Assembly (NCBI GenBank): GCA_012295275.1
Contig: CM022677.1
Span: 16,368,001 to 16,432,000 of the forward strand
DNA: 64,000 bases
Reading direction: 5' to 3'
Source of the DNA: Chrysomallon squamiferum
Taxonomy: Eukaryota; Animalia; Mollusca
The notes beneath the pieces were generated by a model that saw only the letters and a program-made list of their open reading frames with translations, was not told the DNA's origin and did not search any database. Made by a program: the position numbers and the translations under genes. Of this stretch, positions 1 through 53,266 are shown piece by piece; within the stretch, counting starts at the first letter, position 1; each line of letters opens with the position of its first letter.

Positions 1-261
1 GAACGTAATCATTGATTGATTTTACAAACCCGGAAAAGAAAAACACATGTTTATTTTTCATTACAGAGTGTAGCAGTAGTGCTAAGTTTAGTCAGATATG
101 ATTGACATTTTTACGTGTAAGGGTAATAGCTCTTCAAAGAGACGTTTTTTTTTTTCTGTTTTTTTTTCTTTTTTTCTTTTTTTCTTATAACTATCTATTA
201 GTGTTGATTATACGTTTTCGTATGAAACAGAGGTACATAAACATGTATGAGACTGGCTAAG

Positions 262-410
<149 letters not shown>

Positions 411-1070
411 CCATGAAATAACTATTTATTTATTTAGTTATATATATATATATCGGCATAATATTTATTTTTATATACCTGTGAGTGTGTTCAGAAACAA
501 TATATGTAAGGATATGTATATATTTAGATGGATCAATAGATAGACTTATACATACATACACCCTTACATACATACAAACTTTGTTTTCAGCCAGACAAAC
601 AGACACAGTGAAAGACAGATATACTGATATACATATGTGTGTGTGTATGTGTACATAAATAAATAGATATGTACATATCTGTTTATGTATTTGCGTGTGT
701 GCGTGCTTCTGTATATATATATATATATCATGATTTTCAGTTTTTGTTCAGAAATACGTTTCTCTTGTTTCTCTGTTTTCCTGTTGATTAAGTATATCAC
801 TGAGATATCTAAAAGCATATCGATTCACTGTACATATTAAAGCCAGAGGATTTGCTTTGTTTTGTCAGTGTCATGTTGATTGGATACTAACATCTGCACC
901 TGCACCTGCACCTACCCACCTGTTGATGGCTATAGATTTTTCCTATAATAAAACAAGGGAATTAATGTGGTTGATCACTGAATATTTTGAAGACGAATGT
1001 ATGGGCAGCCGAACGGGTCATATTTCAGCAATTTGTAGAATGTAATTGTTGTATTGAAATTAATTAGTTC

Positions 1071-1144
<74 letters not shown>

Positions 1145-1819
1145 CCATCTAACAATTTATCTGTCTCTCTCTATATCTCTCTCTGTCTCTTATTCAGTCT
1201 GTCTGTCTATCTATCTGTCTCTCTCTCTGTCTCTCTCTGTCTCTCTCTCTGTCTCTCTCTCTCTCTCTGTGCAATCACATATACACATCACACTCACACA
1301 CAAACACACACAGACACACACACACACACAAAAGTATATATTTATACGTACATATATACATACAAAACCATTATTACCATTTTTCTGTATCATTGTTTTC
1401 GCAGTTTTCATAGCTGACTACGGTTGCTCGTTAGTGACACAATTAAAATACTCATTACACCGAAAATCAAAACATAATAAAAATAGGTTAGTTCAACGTT
1501 CTTTAAAATTAAACAAAGACGTTTCTGCAATGTTTCTGTATGCGTTTATTTTCGTCTTGCTCGTTTGTAAAGAGTTCTTAGCTGAAAGCTTTCACTGCTG
1601 GCTTATTTGATTGATAAGGAAGCGGATTCTTTCATTGGTTGAACTTCTCGTGGTCATTTGTAAGGTATCCTTTCATTGGTTGAACTTCTCGTGGTCATTT
1701 GTAAGGTATCATTTCATTGGTCTTCTTTTCTTTCAACACATTATCTTTTTTCTCTCTCTCTCTCTTTGTTATTGTTTTTTTTTTGTTATTGACTTTTTGT
1801 TATCGTTATCAGTGAGTGT

Positions 1820-1975
1820 GTTGACTTCAGCAGAGTGGTTAACAAAGAAGTCTTAAGTCGAGTAGACTGCAGGATCGATTCTGCTCGGAGCCACTTTGTC
1901 GTTTATTTATCACGTTATATCAATAAACACGATGATATTACTGGGCGAAAAGCACAACACGAAATCAACAGTTAA
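1820..1975 (+). mobile_element. Degenerate tRNA-derived SINE-like head
   Basis: A-box-like agcagagtggttaa and B-box-like gcaggatcgattctgc at tRNA-like spacing; the cloverleaf is not intact. Confidence 0.35.
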
Positions 1976-3329
1976 ATTGTAGTAAATCAAAGTACAACAT
2001 CGTCCACGGATTATACACTTCTGTATACGAGGTTAGCATTGGAATCGACAATAACAACTGCTACAACGACGGCAGACTGATAGACAAAGAACTACAAAAA
2101 TCGGAAGTGACAGCAAATTATGAACAGCCACTACAACAGTGGATTATTAATTTCTAGCAGCTGCTACATTTCAATTATAAATAATTAGCAACAACTACTA
2201 CCACGACAACAGAATAATACCTACAGTGAAAATAAAAGCAACTACAAGATCGAAATAACAGAGAATTAACAACAGCCACTACAACACTGGGTTACACAGT
2301 TCTGCCAAAGCAACCTCTACGCAATCAATTATATAAACTTAACGACAGCTATCACAACGACAATAGAATATCACACACAGTGACAATACAACAACTACAA
2401 CATCGAAGTAAATTAACAACATCCACTACTGCATTCAATTATAAAATTAAGTTTACGACTTTGAAGAAAAAAAAAAGCTCCTTTCTTCAAATGAATTACA
2501 GACAATTAACAACAACTACTACAACAACACTAGGATATCGAGACGGATAACAACAGCTGAACGAAGATAAACTATATTTTAAGAAGGCTGCAACTACCAC
2601 TATGACGTCATTTAAAAAAAAAACATGTTACCTTGATAAGGTTAGAAAACAAAATCTACTACAACTACAACAGCTGGCTGCAAAAGAACCGCTGCAACAA
2701 CTGAAACGTGCTTGATTAACAACAACTACAACTACTACAGCAGGTTATCGTTTTTGATGGTAGAGAAAACAACAATACCTGAAAGATTGTAAACTAATAA
2801 TAATTGCTACAATCAATTATCGTCTGCCAGTTGAAATTTAGTAATTCTTTCTGTCATTTTCCAAAATTCTAAATTCGTGTAAACAAACCTTGTTATGTTG
2901 TATTTACCATGTGAAAAGGTGGAGAGAAAGAAGTGAAGGAATCAAGAGAGAAAGAAAGAAAGAAAGAAAGAAGAAGAAGAAACAAAGAAGGAAGAAAGCA
3001 AGAAAGAAACAGAAAGAGAAAAATAAGAATGAATGAAAAAAGAAAAGAAACTGAGAGAACAAAATGAGTGAGCGATACACAAAATGAAACAAGGAAAAAT
3101 ACGAAAGAATTACAATTAACAACGATTCTCTCTCTGTCTTACACAATTTTTTTAAATATTTAACAGATCACAGTTCACCAAATATCAATATACAAATAGC
3201 ACATCAAATAAAATACACAAATATTCACATGTACACACACTCTCTTTTTTGTCGCAAAACACGAACAACAACAAAAAAACAAACAATACACACACCTAAA
3301 CCTTCTGATCTGATTCTCAAACACGGTCC

Positions 3330-3400
3330 TCTCTCAGCCAATGAAAACACGCGTTCGTACAACGCGAGCCAGCCAGCGCGTGCGCGCGCGCTATTAAGCG
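3330..3400 (+). promoter_or_regulatory. Candidate promoter for isoform A
   Basis: CCAAT box (cagccaatga), CpG-rich gcgcgtgcgcgcgcgc and TATA-like ctattaag in otherwise AT-rich DNA, 1.35 kb upstream of ATG 4746. Confidence 0.4.
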
Positions 3401-4077
3401 GTCTTCAACGACACAAGAAAAATGATTAGAACGAGAAGTGTCGTAATGCTGTTCAGAAAGCTCTCAGACATGTGCTAGATGTTCCATCGCCTCACTCCGT
3501 TGTCTTAGAATTAATTCTGTTTTTTTTTTTTTCTCTCCCAATACGTGACCAGGACTAGCTCATTATTACCTCGATCGTATCATTTTTATTATTATTTTTT
3601 TTTGATCCTTCAGTATTTGTTTTGTGCCTTTTTTTTTTTCCTTCTTTTCTGTAATCCTTTTTTATTGCTTTATTTTTGGGTTGTTTATTTTTTCCCTTTA
3701 TCCTACTTGGATTTCGTATGAAGGAAGGATGTTATTGTGCTGACAGTGTTAAAATCTATCTTTGAGCCACGGTGAATTTGAAGTGGATTTAAAGAATTGA
3801 TTAAAAATGAAAGGAATATAAATCTGGGGATGTTTTCGGTCAATAAAAAAAAAAAAAAAAAAAGAGAAAAATTTGTATTCACATGTTTGGAATAATCTGA
3901 GGTTTGGTTTAAATATTTCTGAGGAAAAAAAAACACGAATGAAAGGAGAAGCAGATAAGTAAAAACAAAATGGAACTGTAATTGTTGACACTGCCGAATT
4001 GATTTATTCTAAAGTATGGATATATGATAAATTTGTGAGTGCTGCGTAATAATAGATAGGTAGGTAGGTACAGAGAG

Positions 4078-4171
<94 letters not shown>

Positions 4172-4745
4172 TTTGTGTGAGAGAGAGAATTATAAATAGA
4201 AAGATTGGATGAGCGAGAGAAGAATAGAAAGAAAGAGAGAAAGAGAGAGGCAAATTAAGAGAAGTAAAATAACGGTAACCATTCAATCAAGTAGTCAGAG
4301 AATTTCACACGAACGTTTTAAGCTTTTTTTCATGAAGCTTCGAGTTTTATTTAAAACTGGCATCTGGATTTCAGTATCTCTTGAACACAAACACTAATCA
4401 GAAACATTACACTGTTTAAATTCAGCTGTTGAGTTAAAAAAGAAACATAACATTTTTTTTTTTTTTTGCAATGGTGGCTACTGGATTTTATAAACTGTTT
4501 AGGAACAAGAAAGAAAAGAAAACGGTAAAGAATGAAAGGCAAGATATGGAAAAAAATAATATTATTCTATACTATTACTGATAAAAATAAAAATAAATAA
4601 TAATAATAAATCACGTTAAAACGAGGAACATTAACAGGAAGAAAGAAAAAAAAAATCCACATTCAGAATTAGAAATGGAAGATGGAATAACAAATAAATT
4701 CACGCCATTTTTCAAAACAACATCCTGCTCCTACTTGTCGCAATT

Positions 4746-42966
<38,221 letters not shown>

Positions 42967-44071
42967 CCACACTTCACTGACCACAGCTTTGTCCATCAGC
43001 CTGGAGGACACGAGTGACCAACTGAAAAGAGAAAAGCTTAGGCAGCTCATTTGAAGAAAAGAAGAAATTGGTTGTGAAGTGAAATTTTATACCTGCGCCA
43101 TTGTGAAATATCATACTAGTATCTCAGCTTGTTTCTAAATACACCAAGCACGAATAAAGAAGATATTGTTTAGCAGAGGCACAGAAGAAGAAAAAAGAAA
43201 GAATCAGTGAAATGACTTCAAGCACTAACTAATTATTTAATTATTTCTTTAATTAATTAATTGATTAATTAGCAAGAATGTATAAAATCATGACTTACAA
43301 TTGAAGCTACTGAAAATATGAGGATACGCATAAATAAAATGAGTATGTATAAAAAAATATTATTTAATTCATTAATCCATAACATAATAATAATAACTAG
43401 AATAATTTTATGCACTTCATAAATATATATATATATCGAATCACTTCATTTAAATATTAACCAATATTCAAAAGGCATACAGATTAGTTAAATATAACAA
43501 TATGTATGAAACTGCATACGTATTTATGACTGCTTGTTGACTACCAAGAACACGACATAATTTATGAATCTGAATATTTTTAAATTTTGATCTCAAATTG
43601 AAATATTGGGAGAAATATGACATCATGAAAGTAGCCAATGACACCATTTTTCTTGTTATTTGATTTTAGTGTGATTTTTGACTATTTCTGAATTATTATT
43701 TGGTAATCAAATTTTTAAAACTTTAAAATCAACAGATTTTTAACCTTCCTTAAGGCTTGAAAGAATTACTTTGTATTAATTTTTATTTTTATTTTTTTTT
43801 TTTTTTTTAAATGCTTAATTTTGTGAAATATAATATTTAGTTTGTTTTAATATATTCCAAGTTTTGGCTTTTTGCCAGTAAGAATTTATTTAACGACAAA
43901 TGTCTATCCTATTTTATTTGTGATAATAACAGGTTTTAAGATGCATTTGAATATTAGTATTGTAAGATATTTTTTTTCTTGAAATGTGTTTTATTTATTT
44001 CATGATGAAATTATTATTGATATAATATGTTTAGTAGTATTTATCTAATTTTTATCACTTCTGTGGAATCA

Positions 44072-44115
44072 AATAAAACAATGATTTGAATTAATTGTGT
44101 GGTTTTTGTATGTTA
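44072..44115 (+). terminator. Candidate polyadenylation signal of the NPR-like gene
   Basis: AATAAA at 44072 followed about 20 nt later by a GT/T-rich tract (tgtgtggtttttgtatgt); other AATAAA copies at 43153 and 43333. Confidence 0.45.
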
Positions 44116-44669
44116 CATATTTATTTATTTATCTGTTTTCTCTACATCTGTCTGTCATTATTATTAAATCTGTCTATCTGTATATATATATATTTATTTA
44201 TTTATTTATTTATTACTAATGGATTTTTATGTATTTTTATTTAATTATTTATATTTGTTTATTTGTTTATTTATTTATTTAACTTATTTATTTTATCATA
44301 CACACATATTCTGTTTTATTTCCTTATGTATCTAACTTCTTTATATTAATGACATCATATTCTGATTTACTTAAAGTGAAAATGAAACGTTAGAAAAAAC
44401 AGAAAAAATGAAGTAAAAAATGAAGTGAGATTTAAAATAATAATAATGCAGGAAGCAGGTAAATCTGTATTAAAATAAAAACATCTAAAAAAGCACCATT
44501 AGTTTGATAAAGGAACATGCAAACCGAAACCAGAAACCCCATTGCAGTGAAAGCAAGATTAATATACCCTAGAAATTTTCTAAATCAATAAGATAATTTT
44601 TTAATACCCATAACTTTGAAATCAAATGCAGTGATTGTGTACCATTTGTGAAATAGAAAGTTAGAGCTA

Positions 44670-44714
<45 letters not shown>

Positions 44715-44856
44715 CCCCCCACGAATATTTAATTCACATTTTCTTAAACAGTTATTATCTGTTTGTTTTTTCACATAAATATGAGTTAATTGAGTTGTCA
44801 TATTTAATACTTTGCAGTAATGTAGAATACAGACTCAGTTATTGGTGTAACAACTA

Positions 44857-46350
44857 TACTCTCCCAAAAAAGAAAAGCAAAATGGTTGATTTCTTAGATA
44901 AGTATTGTAAACTGACACATATCGATGTACAGACTATGAATATAATGACATTTGGTGATTCAAACGTATAGCTCTTGTTACAGTCGCCAAAAAGCAGGTA
45001 ACACAAAATAAAGGCTATGATCGTGTTTATTAGCCAAAACGTCCCCGCATTCAAACCACGTTACCAGTGCATGTGCACGTGCGGCACAAGAAACTTGAAT
45101 TCGATGGTTACAAAAATGCAAGGTTTTCGAAAACTTCTGTTCGTTATTTTTGTTCTGACCCAACATCAAACAAATGCCACGACTGAGTGAACCGCAACGA
45201 AACAACGCCATCGGCCGTTTACAAGCTGGCGAATCCTTCTCGGCCGTAGCCCGGGTGTTCCATGTATCCTCAAGCACCATCTTGAGATTGTGGTATCAGT
45301 TCCAGCAACACCAAACAACACGTGACCGTCCCAAATCAGGTAGACTATGTGTAACCACCAGGGCCCAGGACCGCTACATACGGGTACTTCATCTACGGGA
45401 AAGAACCACCACGACAACCTCTACTGCTTCAGCATTACCAGGCTGCGTAGAATATCGGCTCAGACAGTGCGCAGTCGTTTACGCGAGGCAGGTATTCCAG
45501 CCAGACGGCCTGTAAGAAGAGTGGTTTTGACTCAACAACATCGTCGACTACGACGTCACTGGTGTCTAGTGCACAGAGTCTGGCCTCAGTTACGATGGAG
45601 AATTGTCAGGTTTAGTGACGAGGCTCGAGTTCTGCTTCGTCGAGCTGATGGAAGATGTTGAATTTATAGACGTCGTGGTGAATGTTTTGCTGCGAACTGC
45701 ATACAGGAAGCGGACAGATTTGGTGGTGGTAGTGTGATGGTGTGGGAAGCAATCTTATACACTGGAAGGACCAACCTGGTTCACATCCAAGGCAACTTAA
45801 CGGCACAGAGATACCGAGATGAAATTTTGCAGCCACATATCGCTCCAATCATGAATAATGGTAACGCTGTATTCCAGCACGACAATGCGAGACCACATAC
45901 AGCCTGACTCACAACAGCGTACCTACACAACAATAACATTCAGATCCTGCCCTGGCCCTCTAAATCTCTGGATTTGAACCCTATAGAGCATTTATGGGAC
46001 GAGTTTGATAGACGACTGAGGCAGCATCAACCACAGCCACAGAATCGTGCTCAATTGGCATTATTACAGACAGAGTGGGCCACCATTCCACAAGGTGTAA
46101 TTCATAATGTCATTACTGCCATGGGAAGGAGATGTCAGGCAGTTCTGGACTCACATGGTGGGCACACAAGGTATTGATATTATACTGTTATATCCTTGAA
46201 CTTTAACCTTTTCAATGTAATACCATCATGATTAATGAATTGCGAAAGTGTATGTAAAATGTGAACATTCTGCTGCTTTCTGTTGATCCATTAGATAGAT
46301 ATTCCCAATGTCAATAAAATCTACTTTTGCGTTTCTTTTTTTGGAGAATA
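44857..46350 (+). mobile_element. Full-length but decayed Tc1 DNA transposon (about 1.49 kb)
   Basis: Imperfect TIRs of about 26 bp (TACTCTCCCAAAAAAGAAAAGCAAAA / TTTTGCGTTTCTTTTTTTGGAGAATA), each flanked by TA; internal transposase. Confidence 0.92.
45174..46177 (+). pseudogene. Tc1 DD34E transposase pseudogene
   Basis: MPRLSEPQRNNAIGRLQAG HTH region, FSDE, FGGGSVMVW, FQHDNARPH, WPSKSLDLNPIEHLW (34 residues between D and E); frameshift at about 45442; in-frame TGA at 45659 and 45905. Confidence 0.93.
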
Positions 46351-46351
46351 T

Positions 46352-46770
46352 ATTATATAACTATCAATTTGTAATAACCATTATATAACCATCAGCTTGT
46401 AATAACTATTATATAACCAATAATTCTTGTAATAACTAATAATACAACCATCAATCTTGTAATAACTATTTTATAACTATTAATCTTGTAATGCCTCTTA
46501 TATATCTATCAATTTTGTAATAGCTATTATATAACCATCAACATGTAATAACTATTATATAACTATCAATTTTGTAATAACTATTATATAACCATCAACT
46601 TGTAATAACTAATATATATCTACCAATTTTGTAATAACTAATATATAACTACCAATTTTGTAATAACTAATATATAACTACCAATTTTGTAATAACTAAT
46701 ATATAACTATCAATTTTGTAATAACTAATATATAACTATCTATCTTGCAATAACTAGTATATAACCATCA
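46352..46770. repeat. 29-bp AT-rich tandem repeat, about 14 copies
   Basis: Unit AATATATAACTACCAATTTTGTAATAACT. Confidence 0.9.
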
Positions 46771-47024
46771 ATATAAAGTCTTCTATAAACCACCATTATA
46801 AAAATAACATTTTGCCCGTCCCCTCTAACTACAATCTAGACCTGTCCCTGGTTTACGACACCACGCCCAGTATTAACTTGACAAACATACATTCACTCCC
46901 CGGGCTACCATCTTGTCCTTTCCTGTTGAAGTCTATGCTCTCATATCGTGGAGGGTCAGGGTTCAAAGCCGTTGCCCTGGAAACGAACAGCATAATCTTT
47001 GATGTAGCTGCTGTCCGGGCGACT

Positions 47025-47066
47025 TCTCGTAACTCAAACAAAAATAACTCGTCGAGGTACCACTGT
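47025..47066. mobile_element. Orphan right-end fragment of the same MITE family
   Basis: ctcgtaactcaaa...actcgtcgaggtaccactg matches 8702-8755. Confidence 0.6.
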
Positions 47067-47953
47067 TGGCACACACACACACACATAAGTCGAAATACAC
47101 ACACACACCACTACACGCACACAAACAAATACACACACACACACAAATACATACACATATATATATATATATATGTATGTATATATATATACATATTCAT
47201 AAATATATATGTATATATATATATTCATAAATATAAACTTTGACATCAACTCCACTCACACATCGTTTTACAACCAAGTATAAGAATACGCGTTAACAGA
47301 GGCGTGCAACACCAGACTATTCGTATCACTCCGAACGATTTTATCTTTCAATAGTTCATTATATTTCGCTTGGCTGCAGGTCACCGGAGGTCACTCTTTT
47401 ATCTCTCTTTCCACAGCAACACAAAAATGGCTGTCGGATTAGTTAGTGAAATTTAAAACGGTCTGTAACGAAGAAGCACGCAATGATGATAATAATTACT
47501 TGTTTGCCTGTGCTTGTCTGGCGCAATGACAGTAAGATATTGTGTACAGTGAAACCACCTTGTAACATCAGATATTGAGAATAAAGATGACGTTACATCC
47601 ACACAGAGAGAGAGAGGTAGAAATGAATGATATACTAGACTTGAGAACATGTGATTATATACACATTTTTGTGTGTGTGTGTGTGTGTGTTTTTTTCGTT
47701 GGTTTCTTTCTTTCTTTCTTTCTTTCTTTCTTTTTTTTCTTTATTTATTTATAACGAAGCATATCCACAATTCGGGCCCATCCTTATTCAGTTAAGGTGC
47801 AGTGAATGCTTTACATGCACACGGAAATGCCTACATGAACAGTCATATTACAGCTCTTAGAAAAAAAAAAAAAAATACTACTACTACTACTACTAATAAT
47901 AATAATAATAATAAATAATAATAATAATAATAATAACAACAACAACAAAAAAC

Positions 47954-48005
<52 letters not shown>

Positions 48006-48701
48006 TAAATAAATTAATTAATTAATTAATTAATAAAATGTATTTAAAAAAGATATTAAATTTAGAAAATTCTCTTGAAAAAGGTTCAGTTGACCGGTGT
48101 TATGATAACTGCACAGTGTGTCTGTCAATCATACTGTACTGACCAAACCACGCCTCTTCCATTGACGTAGGAACAAAAAACTTTAAATAATGACGAGAAA
48201 AGGGCGCGGACATTGCAAGGAGGTAAGTTATTTATTTATTTATTTATTTATTTATCCTTCAGTTTTTCAGTTTTTCTCTTGAGTACCTTTTATTATACCT
48301 ATATTTTAATTAATTTATTTTCAAAATTCGTACTGTTTTTAAATGTTTTCTTTGCAACATCACTTGTTTAGATTAGATAGGGTTTTGTCTACAATTAATA
48401 TAACAAATACATATTTTATTAATGTTTCTTCATGGAAATAAGATTTAACTAAATAAACTGTGCAAGTGAATGATATGAAGACACTGTATTAGACTGATGA
48501 AAATATGATATATATATATCACTGCACAATAGTAAATATTTGAAGTGTTCAGTAACAAAGAAACTGAAATATATTCTTTTTTCGTCTCAAATATTTAGTC
48601 AGTTTCATATCCACTTTAAATTTTAAAATCTTGCAGCTTATATATATATGTATATGTCTTAACAACATTATTTATTTATTTATTTACTATATATAAAATT
48701 A

Positions 48702-48757
<56 letters not shown>

Positions 48758-49012
48758 CCAGTACTGCAAACTGGAATTAATACTTTATGGAACAAATATT
48801 TTAAAGGGGGTAATACAGTTCTTTAATTCTTAAATTAAGCGCGGAGTCAGAAAATTTCAAGAGGGTGACATTTATTTAAGAATTAAATTAAATTGATTTC
48901 ATGTCCACAAATTAATATCCAACAGGACTGCTGTTACATCAGTGCTTACCAAGAGGACTGCCACATTAACATTGTGTTCGTCCAACAGAACAGCTATTAA
49001 AATCCAACTTTA

Positions 49013-49352
49013 CCACAAACACGACAAAGATTAGCTTTCTTACCTGAACAAAGCTATGACATATATGACGTCACGATACGGTAAATTGACGTTTCTCATA
49101 GCTACCGATGACGTCCAGTGGTGTCGAGAAAGACTGAATAAAAGTGACGTCATTGTGGTAGATAAGGGGGACGCTGGTGTTGATATGTCAATGATGACTA
49201 ATTGTGATTACATGATTATAACCGAGGGATCGTTCAGCTTTTGGATTGCCTGGTTAGCTAATAGGCACACTGTGTATTATAACAACAGAGGGGATAGAGA
49301 TTTTAGTCAGAAAGATTATTATTTACCCACCTGGATTCCTTTAGGTCCATAA
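49013..49352 (+). pseudogene. Internally deleted GT11 alpha-1,2-fucosyltransferase copy (C-terminal about 110 codons only)
   Basis: Near-identical to 55460-55794 but fused directly to sequence matching the 5' leader (48925-49012 matches 54212-54300); start codon, TM anchor and HVRRxD motif are missing; TAG at the junction. Confidence 0.88.
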
Positions 49353-49465
49353 GATAGAGAGAAACGATAAAAAAGAAAGAAAATGAACTGAAATATCGAA
49401 CAACTACTCATTAATTCATTTATTCATCGTTTTAGTTTTTGTTGTTTGTTAGTTTTGTCTTTCGC

Positions 49466-49496
<31 letters not shown>

Positions 49497-50325
49497 CCTT
49501 TGTAAAACATTAGAACATGATACGTATTATGTTGTAAATGAGCTAGGGAAAACAATACATTTTCTTACGCTAGTAATACGTTTTAAAAACTTTCAGCTAA
49601 ATCGAGTCTGCGAAAGATGAGACGGCCTCAGTTGAATTATTCTTTTCATTTTTGTTATTTTTGCTTCAACTACTACGTTGGTGTTGTAGTTATCATCTTC
49701 ATCATTTATTATGATTAATACTGCTACTACTACCACTTGTACCATAGTTATAATTCTTATTACCATTATTATTTTTTGTCATCATCATCATTACTACTAT
49801 TTCTACTGCTACTGTCACGGTTACTATTATTGTTGTTATTGTTGTTATCAGAGGCCGAAATGTAATAATGAAACAAGTAAAGAAAGAAAAAGAATATAAT
49901 TATAATTATAACAACAACAACAATAATAATATGATATTGGTAAAATAATGCATAATTAAAATCAACTCAAATCAAATCAAATCAATAATATACGTATATT
50001 AAATCTATTTAAAAAGGGGAGAAGAAAAAAGAAAATGAATCCTTAAAATAATTATAATAACATTTTCTACATTCCTCTCTCTCTCTCTCGTAAGCTAACA
50101 TGTTAGGTATAACTTTGTCGTAACCAGGAACATCTGAAATTACATCCTTTGCCATCGATCGCCACTAAATGAATAAAAGTTTGCCCGGCATGTTCCAGTT
50201 TTGTTTCACAGACTGTACACCAAGCTGCAGAAATAAGACGTAAAATTCAAGAAAATTAATGCAGATTTATATAACGACATATTTTAATAATAATTGTCTA
50301 TGGCCTGTTCTTTTAACTTACGTTT

Positions 50326-50376
<51 letters not shown>

Positions 50377-50455
50377 CTCATTGATTTATTTATTGTAGTT
50401 GTTGTCATTATTTTTATTGTTTTGTGTTTGTATGTGTCAGTATACTAAAGAGAAT

Positions 50456-50522
<67 letters not shown>

Positions 50523-50575
50523 ATGCGTGTGTTTATATATATATACATACATACATACATACATATATACATAAA

Positions 50576-50613
<38 letters not shown>

Positions 50614-50985
50614 GTAAAATGCACATGATCTTACAGGGAAGTAAGCCGGTTATACAGAGCTATGTATTATTTTTTCTATTGAGAGCTCCTATGTAAGATT
50701 ATTTTCTTCTTCTTTTTTTTTTTTCTTTTCTTTTCTGCACATCAATATAATCATGGATTCGTCAATTTATAGCATAACAAAGGAAGCTGGGTAATATTAC
50801 TTAACTATTATGGATGACTGCTCACGTTAAATGTAAAAGCAATAATAAATACAAAATAAAATAAAATACAAAGAAATGTGATAGAGATGTGGTTTAGGTG
50901 GATTTATTTTTGAAATCCAGATGGAATAGCATTACAAATATCTGTTTCTATGTATGTCTGTGTCTGTGTGTGTGTGTGTGGGTGC

Positions 50986-51087
<102 letters not shown>

Positions 51088-53149
51088 TTCTGTAAGACAA
51101 TACTGACAAAACAAAATTAAGTATTAAACTGAAAACTGAAATCGTTAAGGCAGCAGCGACGACGTAGGTGAGATAAAGACGCATTCACACTAGACAATCC
51201 ATTTTACCGATTACTCTAGACTTTCCACAGAAAAACATGCTCATTCTAACATAAAGAACTTTGGAGGTGTTTTTGTATGTCTGTCTGCCTGTATAATGTA
51301 TGTGTTTATGTTTGTGTGTTTATATGTGTGTGGGTTTGTATGCGTATGTCATAGTTTTCAGTATGCATCTGTGTGTGCGTGTGTGTGTGTATATGTGTTT
51401 GTACATATACATATTAATTAGTTTCATTATAAGATTCTGTCTTAGTATTAAACAATTTACTACTTTGAAACTGAGTCGATTTATCAGTTACTTTGGTCTA
51501 ATTTTAACAAGAACCAGATTTTGATGTAAATAACAGTTATTAGACAAAACTACGACACAATTTAAAAAAATTAAAAAAAACACTGGTGAACAATCTGAAT
51601 CTAGAATTTAGAATTTCGTATACGGTACATACATGAACATATAACAGATCAAATTCTGTCATATCAAACTTTTAATTTAACAGTTTCTTAGAAAATTAGT
51701 TCACTAATAATGACAAAATCGAAAACAACAACAATAATAATAACAGCAGCAACAACAACAACAACAATAATAATCATTGTTGTTGTTTTATTTTTTGAAG
51801 AAAAAAACCTGTGTAAAACATTACAACATGGTACGTGCTATCCTGTATATGAGCTAGGTGAAACAATACATTTTCTAACGCTAGTAATACATTTTAAAAA
51901 CTTTCAGCTAACGAGTCTGTGAAAGATGAAAACATCTCAGCTCAATTATCCTATCCATTTTTCTTATTCTTACTTCAACTACTAGCATGACGTTGGCAAC
52001 GACAGTGCTGTTGTTATTATTATTACTATTTCATCATCATCGTCGTCAAGATTTTGAATTTGTTAGTAGTAGATATATGTGCATATAATAACAACGAAGC
52101 AGCCATGGTTTGCATAGCTTTTACACATGAACTGCGATAAACAGATGAAACATTGAGTGGGAGTTTGTAAGAAAAAGTTATTTTCTTTCTTTCTATTATT
52201 CACCACAATCTAAACATGAACGTAAAATGTTTTGCACGGTGTCGGTCATTTATGATCTGACAAAGAAAGCTGGTTAGCATTACTTCACTGTTGTGGATGA
52301 CAGATATATACACTAAAGATTTTATCAGAAGTCAAAATACAGTTGAAAGAGACAGTGTCAAGCTTTGTACCGGATGGAGGAGTACTTGATACGATACACC
52401 ACAAAGTGCGTCAGAACTAATTCTGAGCGATGAAGCGGTCGCCATACTTGCAGCGTAAAAACTAGACTAGGACCGATGTAAAGGAATCCTAAGATTCATA
52501 TCTAATAACATTAAAAAAAAAAGAAAAAAAAAAAGAACCCACTATATTCTGAGCATCAGTATGTAAAAATCATAAAACTATAATTCTTACAGTCTGAATT
52601 AATTAATTGATTTATTGATTTATTTATTATTTAATTATTTATTTATTTATTTTTCTTTCGTTCGTTGTCTTGTTCCTTTACTGTTTTGTTTTTGTTTCCT
52701 TTCTTTTATATTTCATGTATACTTTACTTATTCGTTTTTCTATCTATTTAAATCTTTATTCGTTTGTTTATTTATTTATTTATTTGTTAGACTCCGTAAT
52801 AACAATGATGACTTCAACAACAGTGACGAAGTCAACAGTAACAACAACAACAACAACAACAACAAAAGAACAATAATAATAATAATAAATATATTTAAAA
52901 CGAGTTAAAATCGAGAAGATAAAATTACTTTGAAGATGTTGAAACTTGACAAAACTGAGAGGATTATTGTGAAATACCAAAAAACCCAGGACATCCTCTA
53001 TTCAATTCTGCCCTTATTCAGTTACAGTGCAATGAATGTTTCTTACATGAAAAAAAAAAAAAAAAAAAAAAGATTATAAAAAAAATGCTGTTAAAAAGCT
53101 TTATGAACCTGGTATCATCTGAACTGCACACTGTTTGATCTGATCTTAT

Positions 53150-53266
53150 TGGACAGTGTGTCTGTCAGTCATACTGAACTGATTAAACCACGCCTCTTCC
53201 GTTGACCGAGGAAGAAACTTTTAAATAATAATGAGAAAGGGCACGTACATTGCGCGAAGGTAAGTT
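53150..53266 (+). promoter_or_regulatory. Putative promoter and short non-coding first exon of the fucosyltransferase (paralogous copies at 48110-48229 and 59262-59313)
   Basis: Block conserved among copies: ccacgcctcttcc, tttaaataa, then AAG|gtaagt at 53260; candidate acceptor ccaatag at 54212. Confidence 0.5.

Noticed and set aside
1630-1721. 41-bp direct duplication containing ATTGG (reverse CCAAT) three times
   Set aside because: Only about 2.2 copies and far from any supported TSS; ordinary local slippage, like those at 13890-13960 and 62276-62321
1820-1895. Functional tRNA gene
   Set aside because: A/B-box-like motifs are present but the acceptor and anticodon stems do not pair; treated as a SINE-like relic
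45659-45907. In-frame TGA codons in the transposase as recoding or selenocysteine
   Set aside because: They fit CGA>TGA decay, and the element also has a frameshift and mismatched TIRs
52070-52480. Higher-complexity stretch between FUT copies that looks coding-like
   Set aside because: The + frames I read contain stops and I recognise no motif; possibly a decayed TE, and a blastx would be needed
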